A stretch of DNA of 34,593 bases from positions 1 to 34,593 of IMG/VR virus record IMGVR_UViG_3300033513_000035, one strand, 5' to 3'. The notes below the pieces were generated by a model. It saw only the letters and a program-made list of their open reading frames with translations, searched no databases and had not been told where the DNA came from. The DNA comes from a virus (Duplodnaviria > Caudoviricetes). Of the stretch, positions 8,465 through 15,745 are shown one piece after another. A program made the position numbers and the translations under genes. Position 1 is the first letter of the stretch. Each line of letters opens with the position of its first letter.

Positions 8465-8806
8465 CTACTTTTCCCACTCCGGCTTCTCGCCCCGCGCCGC
8501 GGCGCGCTCCGTCTCGATCTCCCGCTGGAGGAGGGCGAGGGCGCGCCAGGCGACCTTCGCGGAGTGCCGTTGTCCATCGACGTCGCGCTTCCCGCGGTCG
8601 AGGAGGTGTCGGACGAGGGCGTCGGCCTCGTCGCGGGACTTCTCCTTCGCCCAATGCAGGGGTTGACCGGGGTTGTGCTGATCGTTTCCCGCCTTCGACA
8701 CCCGCGCGACCTCGGCGAGGGCGTCGGGGAAGTAGTCGAGGACGCCGGTACAGATCGGCGTCGCCTTGCGCGCCGCCGCGTCCCCGGTGATGTGTACGTC
8801 ATCCAT
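8465..8806 (-). CDS. dATP/dGTP diphosphohydrolase domain protein (DUF5664-like)
   Basis: RKATPI.TGVLDYFPDALAEVARVS..GNDQHNPG.PLHW....S.D.ADALVRHL...H.AKVAWRALA pattern. Confidence 0.85.
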   Translation of the reverse strand: MDDVHITGDAAARKATPICTGVLDYFPDALAEVARVSKAGNDQHNPGQPLHWAKEKSRDEADALVRHLLDRGKRDVDGQRHSAKVAWRALALLQREIETERAAARGEKPEWEK

Positions 8807-9311
8807 CGGTCCGCTCCCAATGGTAGTCCTTCAGGAACAGGGCGACGGCCTGCGGGAGGTCCTTCGCCTCCTGCTCGAACCACGCCTCGAGCCATGCCAC
8901 GATGCCGGAGACGTGGTCGTTTCCCAGGTTGAGCTGGTCGTGGCACCACATCCACAATTCCACCTTGTCGATCGCCCGGAGCCATGCCCGCTCCTCGGGC
9001 CGGAGCTCCTCGCCGAGGATTCCGATCTTGCGCTCGACGTCCCGCGTCATCGCGCGGAACGAATCCTTCAATCGGGGGTCGACGTCGACGACGGAGCCGG
9101 GGAGGTCCCCGGTGTACCGCTCCGCGACGTCGTGGAGGAGGACGGCGGTCGTCAACCGCTGCGACGCCTTCGGGCACAGGACGTGCAGGATGGCGAGCAT
9201 GTCGAACGTGTGCTTGCCCACGGTGTATTCCCCGGGGTACGGGACGGTGTGGCACCGCCGGACGTTGCCGCCCTCGCGCAACCGAAGGATCTTCAGGGTC
9301 TTTTCATCCAC
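8799..9311 (-). CDS. HD-domain nucleotide phosphohydrolase (YfbR/DatZ-like)
   Basis: VRRCHT, VGKHT, LLHDVAE..TGDLP and IDKVE; metal ligands H..HD..D intact. Confidence 0.85.
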   Translation of the reverse strand: MDEKTLKILRLREGGNVRRCHTVPYPGEYTVGKHTFDMLAILHVLCPKASQRLTTAVLLHDVAERYTGDLPGSVVDVDPRLKDSFRAMTRDVERKIGILGEELRPEERAWLRAIDKVELWMWCHDQLNLGNDHVSGIVAWLEAWFEQEAKDLPQAVALFLKDYHWERTDG

Positions 9312-10089
9312 GTCTCCTCCTCTCGAGCCACGCTCGACCCGCGACGAGCCAGTCGTAATTTCCCGCGAGGAGCTTCGCCGCCTCGCCGGCGCGCGACGGG
9401 GTATTGTCGTACGCCCTCCACGCCGCGCGCATCGGGAGGGCCACCCGCCGGATGAATCCGCTCTCGTATCCGAGGGCCGGCCCCTCGGACGCGAACATCC
9501 GGAGCTCGGCGAGCCACCGATCCGGCGCGACGTCGACCACGGAATGCGCGACCACCCCGTCGTCGTATGGACCGCCGCCCGCCGGAAATTCCGTGATGAG
9601 GGGGACGATCCGCGCCGCCGCCTTCGCGTCGGCGAACCACATCGTCGCCGTCGCGAAGAACTTCCCGACCCGCCGCCCGAGGAGGGCCGCGATGTACTTT
9701 TGCAAGAGGACGGTCGTGATGTAACATCCCTGCGATAGGACGTTGAGGGCGACCGCGGACATGTGAATTCCGACCCGCCCGTCGGAATCGATGAACGGCA
9801 TGACCAGGGACGTCTTTCCCGCGAACGCCGAGACGGCGCGCAGATCCCGCACCCTCGCGGCGTCGTCCTCGTTCCACAGGAGCAACGCGTCGAGCGCCGA
9901 CGTCAGCGTGGTGAACGGGTTGTCGTCGAGCTCCGGCCAGAACGCGACGGCCTCCTCGGGGGATCCGATCTTCATCATCGCGGGCTCGTTCGCCGCGACG
10001 AGGTCCGACATCGGGCGCGAGTCCCGGAGGACGGTGCGCGCGACGTCCGGTACGATGGTGTGAAAATTCCTGCCGTGAACGAAGAACAT
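9304..10089 (-). CDS. Degenerate thymidylate synthase / dUMP hydroxymethylase-like protein, probably inactive
   Basis: GRNFH, EP, FWPELDDNPF, LQKYIAALLG..VG, F.RRVA.PM..AW and DWL.A...WL.RR match YuA-type TS homologues as I recall them. The PC, RS-D and H-Y catalytic motifs are not visible. Confidence 0.65.
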   Translation of the reverse strand: MFFVHGRNFHTIVPDVARTVLRDSRPMSDLVAANEPAMMKIGSPEEAVAFWPELDDNPFTTLTSALDALLLWNEDDAARVRDLRAVSAFAGKTSLVMPFIDSDGRVGIHMSAVALNVLSQGCYITTVLLQKYIAALLGRRVGKFFATATMWFADAKAAARIVPLITEFPAGGGPYDDGVVAHSVVDVAPDRWLAELRMFASEGPALGYESGFIRRVALPMRAAWRAYDNTPSRAGEAAKLLAGNYDWLVAGRAWLERRRRG

Positions 10090-10090
10090 G

Positions 10091-10324
10091 CTACCTCTCC
10101 ACCTCGACCTCCTCGGTGCGCCCCCCGAAGTCGAGGACGAGCCGGGCCCTGCCGGCGAGGACCTCGGGGGCGGCGCGGTCGTACAGGCGGACCGCGCGCG
10201 CGACGAAGTACGCGGGGGACGGGGACCTCGTCACCCGCGAGAGGTGGAGGATGCGATCGACCACCTCCCGCGGGAGCTCGAGGGCGAGCCCGACGACGTC
10301 GTCACGCTTTAGCGGCCTTCGCAT
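10091..10324 (-). CDS. Ribbon-helix-helix-like DNA-binding protein
   Basis: Alternating strand LALELP followed by two helices (EVVDRILHLSRV / PAYFVARAVRLY). Confidence 0.55.
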   Translation of the reverse strand: MRRPLKRDDVVGLALELPREVVDRILHLSRVTRSPSPAYFVARAVRLYDRAAPEVLAGRARLVLDFGGRTEEVEVER

Positions 10325-10562
10325 TCTTCCTCTTCTTGTAGAGCAGGAAGATGTTCTGCGCCAGCATCGCGGCGCCGAGGATCGCCTCCCCGAGGCCGGG
10401 GACGAAGGAGTCCGCGATCGGGGCGACGTACTTCGCCCCCTTGACGGCCTGCGAATCGCCGCCCCCCTCGGGCTGCCCGAGGAGCTTCTCGACCGCGGCG
10501 CACCCCGACACGAGGGCGAGCACCGCGACGAGGGTCAACAACAACGCGAAAGTGGTTTTCAT
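10302..10562 (-). CDS. Lipoprotein (86 aa) with a second C-terminal hydrophobic segment
   Basis: MKTT + hydrophobic stretch + lipobox VSG-C; GGAGGT RBS; C-terminal AILGAAMLAQNIFLLY followed by KKRK. Confidence 0.8.
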   Translation of the reverse strand: MKTTFALLLTLVAVLALVSGCAAVEKLLGQPEGGGDSQAVKGAKYVAPIADSFVPGLGEAILGAAMLAQNIFLLYKKRKNAKAAKA

Positions 10563-10605
10563 CCGTACCTCCGTTTCGTAACACCCTTGCTCGAGGGAAA
10601 GCACA

Positions 10606-10634
10606 ATTGTACACCCTCGGTGACGTTTCGTCAA
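10606..10634 (-). promoter_or_regulatory. Sigma70-type promoter TTGACG-N17-TACAAT
   Basis: Near-consensus hexamers with a 17-nt spacer, 43 nt upstream of the lipoprotein start. Confidence 0.8.
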
Positions 10635-11083
10635 GCCTTTTTCCAGGTTTTACCACTCTTGATGTGACAAATCGCCGCGTGGGTCACTGCGAAGTCCCGC
10701 GCTATGTCCGTTACCCGGTCACCCAACATTAACCGTTTCTTGATGCTTCGTACCTGATCGATGGAGAGTTTTCCGTATTGTCCTTGACGCTTTCTTTTCC
10801 ACATGTCCCGAATGTTGTCGGCATGGGTTCCGGCTTCAAGATGTTGAGGGTTTACGCATCGGGGGTTGTCGCATCGATGGCGGATTTCGATAGAAGCCGG
10901 AAGCGACGCGGGGTCTATCGCGCGTGCAAGACAGAACGAGAATCGGTGCGCGTAAATCTGTCTTCTCGGTCGCGAGAGCCTGAAGGATCCATATTCTCCG
11001 CCTCGGCCGCCGGCCCGGCCGGCGGTCCATTCCCAACAATCATCGGGGCCGCGTCGATCGACCTTGTCCCAGAATCGTTTCAC
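10631..11083 (-). CDS. HNH homing endonuclease with C-terminal HTH
   Basis: RFWDKVD...CWEW...YG.F...AHRFS...RHRCDNPRCVNPQHLEAGTHADNIRDM; lower GC than flanks. Confidence 0.92.
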   Translation of the reverse strand: MKRFWDKVDRRGPDDCWEWTAGRAGGRGGEYGSFRLSRPRRQIYAHRFSFCLARAIDPASLPASIEIRHRCDNPRCVNPQHLEAGTHADNIRDMWKRKRQGQYGKLSIDQVRSIKKRLMLGDRVTDIARDFAVTHAAICHIKSGKTWKKA

Positions 11084-12264
11084 GCGATGACCGTCACTTT
11101 CTCAATTGCACGGGTCAACGATGTGTACCTCCATCGGTTCGCCTCGGCGCGGAAGACCCCGGCCTCGTCGACCACCACTACCTCGGGCCACTGCGACCCC
11201 TGCGCCTTGTGGACGGTTAGGGCGTAGCCGTAGTCGAACTCGGCCGCCTCCCGGCGGAGGAAGTGCTCGATCTCGCGCCCCTCGAACGGGGCCCGGTGCA
11301 CGGGGATGGTGAGCCGGCCGAGGTCGTCCTCGATCGTGAGCTCGACGAAGTCCGAGCACGCCGCCCCCCGGTGGACCACGCCCCATATCGCCCCGTTGAG
11401 GAGCCCTACGTCGTGTATGTTTCTCAAACACACGAGGCGCTCCCCCGCCTCGGGGAGCTCCGCGAGAAAGCCCATCCGGCGCCGGCGCGCCGCGTTCGCC
11501 CGCCGGCGGGTCTCGTTCTTCCCGACGAGGATCTGGGTCTCCGGCCCAACCGTCAAGGGATCGAAGTCCCCCGGGGCGACGACCCGGCTCGAGCCGTACT
11601 CCCCCCGCGCGAGGCTACCGCCCTCGCGGACGATCGTCGCCATGTGGATGATGGGGTTGTCCGCGGCCTGCCGATGAATCTCCGACAGGAACGCGTCGGG
11701 CTCGCGCCGCGTGAAGAAGCCGGCGCCGTAGACCGGAGGGAGCTGCGCCGGGTCGCCGAGGACGAGGATGGGGACCTCGAACGACAGGAGGTCGTTCGCC
11801 ACCCGCTCGTCGACCATGCTGCATTCGTCGATCACGAGGAGGTCCGCATCCCGGATCCGGGAATCGGGGTTCAATTCAAAGATGGGCCTCCCGACCCGCT
11901 TTCGCTCCTCGCGGATCTCCGCGTCGAGGTCCGCGAGGAGCTCGGGGTCGGGAACGTCCTTCTTCTGCTCTTCTTGGGCCGCGTCGATGAGGCAATCGAG
12001 GCGCCATCGACCGTGCTCGGCGACGTGATAGATGAGAGAGTGGATCGTCGACGCGTCGGCGCACCCCGCCCGGCGCATCACGTGCGCCGCCTTGCCGGTG
12101 AACGCGGCGAAGATCACCCGCCCCGCGCCCTCGGCGAGGTGCCGCGCGATCGTGGTCTTCCCGGTCCCGGCGTAGCCGGCCAGGTAAAACCACGGCCGGT
12201 CGCCGGCGGCGAGCCATCGCCCTACGGCGTCGAGGGCCTCGGATTGTTGGGGGGAGAAATTCAT
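11080..12264 (-). CDS. RecD/Dda-like SF1B DNA helicase
   Basis: GYAGTGKTT, AFTGKAA, TIHSLIY, IDECSMV, GDPAQLPPV, YALTVHKAQGSQW, YTSLTRA. Confidence 0.93.
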   Translation of the reverse strand: MNFSPQQSEALDAVGRWLAAGDRPWFYLAGYAGTGKTTIARHLAEGAGRVIFAAFTGKAAHVMRRAGCADASTIHSLIYHVAEHGRWRLDCLIDAAQEEQKKDVPDPELLADLDAEIREERKRVGRPIFELNPDSRIRDADLLVIDECSMVDERVANDLLSFEVPILVLGDPAQLPPVYGAGFFTRREPDAFLSEIHRQAADNPIIHMATIVREGGSLARGEYGSSRVVAPGDFDPLTVGPETQILVGKNETRRRANAARRRRMGFLAELPEAGERLVCLRNIHDVGLLNGAIWGVVHRGAACSDFVELTIEDDLGRLTIPVHRAPFEGREIEHFLRREAAEFDYGYALTVHKAQGSQWPEVVVVDEAGVFRAEANRWRYTSLTRAIEKVTVIA

Positions 12265-12273
12265 GGGACCTCG

Positions 12274-12311
12274 AAAAAAAGGCCCGACGGGGGAGTCAGT
12301 CCCGCCGGGCC
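12274..12311 (-). terminator. Rho-independent terminator
   Basis: GGCCCGGCGGG...CCCGTCGGGCC stem followed by T7. Confidence 0.75.
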
Positions 12312-12330
12312 GCGGAAAGGGAATTGTCGA

Positions 12331-13158
12331 TCAGAACTCGACCGTCGGCTCTTCGTGGTCGACGTGCGCGATCGCCTCCTCGTTCATCACAACGTTTCCG
12401 GCGAGGACCATCTCGCGAAACCTCTTCGCCGTGACGTATCGAGGATCGTCCGGCTGCATGATGCACTCCTTCATCTTCGTGCCGCCGAGGAACGGTTCGA
12501 TCTTGATGGGGAAGTACGACCCTCCGTTCTTCGTATCGCGGGCCCCGACGCCGATGCGGATGCGATGGGCGTAGATGGGAGGATTCGACCTCCGGTTCGA
12601 CGAGGAGTCGACGAGGCACGTGTTCGCCTTCGTGCTCCAATTTTTCCACGGCGTGATCTTTGTGCTCGTGAGGGCCAAGATCACGAACTCGAGCCGCGCG
12701 CCGCCGTCGAGGACGAGGACGCCATACACGTAGAACGTCTCGACGAGCTCGTTCGATTCCTTCTGCTTGGGAGGATCGACGAGGAGCCTGCCGAACGTCT
12801 TCTCATTCCGACGAATGACGTCCGCGACGAAGGGGGAATTCTTGTCGTGCCGGCGAACGAGGCCGCCGCGATTCGCGCGCCACTCGACGAAGACGCGCTC
12901 GCTGTGCGCGGGGATGAACTCGACGGAATCGCCGTACACCTCCTCGGTGACATTGTTATAGAGCTTGCCGGCCTCGGCGCCGGGGACCTTCGCCCCCTTC
13001 GTTCCGGTGACCTGCGGGGAGAGGTCCTGGAGGAGGACGAGGAACGGGGTCTGCAATTCGTCCCGGTCCTTCCCCCGCACCCCCACGCCCTCGTCCTCGC
13101 CGAAGTCGTACTTGGCGAGCTCGCGGGCCTCGTTGATCTTTTCGATTTCTTGGGCCAT
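12331..13158 (-). CDS. Putative ssDNA-binding/annealing protein of the replication module
   Basis: PFLVLLQDLSPQV....GAEAG..YN.VT pattern, acidic tail ending in F, strong RBS, position between two helicases. Confidence 0.6.
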   Translation of the reverse strand: MAQEIEKINEARELAKYDFGEDEGVGVRGKDRDELQTPFLVLLQDLSPQVTGTKGAKVPGAEAGKLYNNVTEEVYGDSVEFIPAHSERVFVEWRANRGGLVRRHDKNSPFVADVIRRNEKTFGRLLVDPPKQKESNELVETFYVYGVLVLDGGARLEFVILALTSTKITPWKNWSTKANTCLVDSSSNRRSNPPIYAHRIRIGVGARDTKNGGSYFPIKIEPFLGGTKMKECIMQPDDPRYVTAKRFREMVLAGNVVMNEEAIAHVDHEEPTVEF

Positions 13159-13206
13159 GTGAATCTCCTTCGGCCGAGCACCTTAACGCCCCCCGGCCTC
13201 CGGGCG

Positions 13207-13231
13207 CCGCGGAAAAAGCCCGCGGGGCTTT
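13207..13231 (-). terminator. Weak terminator or stabilising hairpin
   Basis: AAAGCCC-CGC-GGGCTTT-TT overlapping the stop of the 166-aa gene. Confidence 0.35.
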
Positions 13232-13730
13232 ACTTCTTCACCTTCGTTATGCGTTGAACCTGTACCCCGAAGACGTCGAGGGGAATGTCCTCCCCGTCCT
13301 CGAGCTGTTGACGCACCCAAGCCTTCAGGGTCGAGGCATGCACCTCGCGCTCCGTCTTCACGGCGTAGCCGTCGTCGCCGAGGGCCTCGGCGAGCTCGCG
13401 AGCCTTGTCCTCGGACTCCTTCCCGAACCCGACGACGACGCGACGCTTGATCATGCCGCCGTGCCCGTTCGCGTCAAGCCAGTTGAAGGCGGCGTCCTTC
13501 CTCGCCTCGGCGATGTGCGCGTGAATGGCGTTCGCCACCTTGATCGACATCCCCTCGTCGGTCGTGAAGTCCGTGAAACCAAACTCTTGCATGAGCTCCG
13601 GGATCGCGTGCTCCGAGAGATGTACGGCGCGCCGTTGTACCTCGGCGAGCTGTGCCTCGAGGGCGAGGATGCTTTCCTGCGCCCCGAGGAGCTCGTTTGC
13701 GAGTTGGGATAGCTGCTTCAGATCGGACAT
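13230..13730 (-). CDS. Conserved phage replication-module protein (166 aa)
   Basis: N-terminal coiled coil, IPELM, AFNWL..NGHG.MIK and VHASTLKAWVRQQLE.G..IP..F motifs; GGAGGT RBS. Confidence 0.75.
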   Translation of the reverse strand: MSDLKQLSQLANELLGAQESILALEAQLAEVQRRAVHLSEHAIPELMQEFGFTDFTTDEGMSIKVANAIHAHIAEARKDAAFNWLDANGHGGMIKRRVVVGFGKESEDKARELAEALGDDGYAVKTEREVHASTLKAWVRQQLEDGEDIPLDVFGVQVQRITKVKK

Positions 13731-13739
13731 GTGACCTCC

Positions 13740-13908
13740 AAAAAAAGGTTGCCCGCTTATTCGTCCCCGTTAAATCACTGAGGGCTTAGTTCGCGGGGTC
13801 CCATACTTACGCAATGGGGGCGTGTAAAGGAAACTGGCGAACGCGCCCTGTGTGTCGCCGGGGCGTTCACCCCGCGCCGGCTTTCGTCTTTCGACGCCGA
13901 GACGCCGG
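13740..13908 (-). ncRNA. Candidate structured leader RNA, copy A
   Basis: Several stems, GNRA loops (GAAA, GTAA, GCAA), a long-range AGGGC..GTTCGC / GCGAAC..GCCCT helix and a T7 tract at the end; motif shared with 15664-15745. Confidence 0.5.
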
Positions 13909-13941
13909 AGTCTCTATACCCCAATGTCTGAATTTCCTATT

Positions 13942-15387
13942 TTACAGCCAAGTCCGGATTTCGTCGCCGGTGATTTTCGCGGCGATGTCGATTTTCTTTC
14001 TAAGTGCTTCGACGATGTGGACGTCCACCGTCCCCGACGCCATCAGGTCGACGTATCGGACGGAGCGGGTCTGCCCGATGCGGTGCGCGCGGTCCTCGGA
14101 TTGCAGGCGGTGTTCCAGGTTGAAGGAGTTGGAATAGTAGACCACCGTCGCCGCCGCGTGGAGGGTCAGGCCCGTCCCGGCCGCCGCGGGGTTGCCCACG
14201 AACCATCGCGCATCGCCGTCCTGAAACCGATGCCGAGCCGCGAACCGCCCGACCTCGTCGACGGCTCCGTCGTACCGAACGGCCTCGGGCCCGAGGGCCT
14301 CCATGATCTTGTCGACGTCCCGCCGGAATCGGGCGAAGATGATCGCCTTGCCCTCGACGTCCTCGAGCGCGTCGAGGAGGGCGGAGAGCCGGGGGTTCTC
14401 GGGGAAGTCCTCGATGGTCTCGCAGTCGTCGTGCGGGACGTATCCGCACGCGATCTGTTGAAGTCGAAGGAGCTGCACGATCACGAGCTGCGTCGTGATG
14501 GTCTCCCCGGACGCGAGGACCGTCATCAGGTTCTCCTTGACCTCGCGATAGGCGCGCTCCTGCGCTGGCGATAGGTCGAAGTACCTTTGCGTATATACCT
14601 TCGGGGGGAGGTCGAGGACGTCGTCCTTCGTGACGCGCGTCGCGATTCGGTCGACGATCTCCTTGAGTTGGTCGAGGTGCCGGAACGCGACGCAATGCTG
14701 GAACCGGCCGCCGGTGGAGTTGTTGATGCGCTCCTCCCAGATCCCGAAGTAGGTTTTGAACGAGGTATAATCCGCGATGCCAAGGTGCCGCCCCTCCCTC
14801 TTCCAGAAGTTCTCGTCGAGGAACTTGATCTGGGTGTAGATGTCGAAGGGTTTGTTCGTGATCGGGGTGCCGGTGAGGATGCGGCGGAACGCCGCCCGCC
14901 GGCCGCCGTACACCATGGCGCGGGTCCTCTTGGCCGACGGGGTCTTTATCCGGTGGGATTCGTCGGCGATCATCAGGCACCGCCGCGACGCCATGAACCT
15001 CTCCGCCGCGTCCCGGCCGGCGCCGGTCATGAATGCGTCGTAGGACATCGCGAGGACCGCGAGCCCGTCGAACCGCCCGAGCTCCGCGAGGCGCCGCGCG
15101 TGGTCCTTCGTGCCGGCGCGCCGGGAGCTGTAGGAATGGGCCGCCCACCTCACGTCGGGGGACACGTGCCGGGGGAGCTCGTCGGTTACCCAATTTTCAT
15201 GGACGCCGTTCGGGGCGACGACGAGGACGCCGCGGATCTGCCCCTCCAGGAAGAGCCACGCCGCGGTGTCGATCGCGAGCTTCGTCTTCCCCGTCCCCTG
15301 CTCCCACAGGATCGCCCGCGCGGGGAAGGCCCGCGACCGCTCGAACTCCTCGAGCTGGTGCCGGAAGGGTTCAGTTTTGAACCGCAT
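13942..15387 (-). CDS. SNF2-like (SF2) helicase
   Basis: EQGTGKT, ADESHRIK, LTGTP, LLRLQQI, GTGLTL, QSEDRAHRIGQ. Confidence 0.93.
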   Translation of the reverse strand: MRFKTEPFRHQLEEFERSRAFPARAILWEQGTGKTKLAIDTAAWLFLEGQIRGVLVVAPNGVHENWVTDELPRHVSPDVRWAAHSYSSRRAGTKDHARRLAELGRFDGLAVLAMSYDAFMTGAGRDAAERFMASRRCLMIADESHRIKTPSAKRTRAMVYGGRRAAFRRILTGTPITNKPFDIYTQIKFLDENFWKREGRHLGIADYTSFKTYFGIWEERINNSTGGRFQHCVAFRHLDQLKEIVDRIATRVTKDDVLDLPPKVYTQRYFDLSPAQERAYREVKENLMTVLASGETITTQLVIVQLLRLQQIACGYVPHDDCETIEDFPENPRLSALLDALEDVEGKAIIFARFRRDVDKIMEALGPEAVRYDGAVDEVGRFAARHRFQDGDARWFVGNPAAAGTGLTLHAAATVVYYSNSFNLEHRLQSEDRAHRIGQTRSVRYVDLMASGTVDVHIVEALRKKIDIAAKITGDEIRTWL

Positions 15388-15649
15388 TCGCCTCTCCCGC
15401 CGTGAACGTCCGCTCCCACCCGAGGGCGACCCGGACGCGCCACCTCGCGCCGGCCGCCGTCTCGATGAGGACGTCGGCCTCCTCGTCTTCGTCCCCCACG
15501 GGGACGCCGCTCTCCATCGCCTCCCGCGCCAATATGCGGGCGGCGATTTCCCCGTCGTCCGGGTCGTCCGGATTCCACATGGAGGATCTGACCTCGACGG
15601 GCCGTAACGTCGCCCCGCCGACCGTGATCGTGCACTTGACGGTTACCAT
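15371..15649 (-). CDS. Hypothetical acidic protein (92 aa)
   Basis: TAAGGAGGT RBS; overlaps the helicase start. Confidence 0.7.
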   Translation of the reverse strand: MVTVKCTITVGGATLRPVEVRSSMWNPDDPDDGEIAARILAREAMESGVPVGDEDEEADVLIETAAGARWRVRVALGWERTFTAGEANAVQN

Positions 15650-15663
15650 CCGACCTCCTTAGA

Positions 15664-15745
15664 AGGGCGCACCCTGTAACGCCGGGGCGCCCGCCCCGCG
15701 GCACCCGTGAGTCTCGGATGCTACTGCCCGATTATGACGCCGGGC
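15664..15745 (-). ncRNA. Candidate structured leader RNA, copy B
   Basis: Three predicted stems between the promoter at 15764 and the RBS; shares CCGGCGTC, CGCGGGG-N4-CGCCCCGGCG and ACAGGGYGCG with copy A. Confidence 0.5.

Noticed and set aside
8465-10089. Calling this a Z-genome or 5hmU-hypermodified phage
   Set aside because: No PurZ, dCMP deaminase, kinase or aGPT-Pplase in the window, and the TS homologue lacks catalytic residues.
13740-13908. tmRNA, tRNA, HDV-like or hammerhead ribozyme identity for the structured leader
   Set aside because: No TPsiC arm or tag frame, no CUGAnGA core, and the GG needed for HDV P1.1 is missing in the fold I tried.
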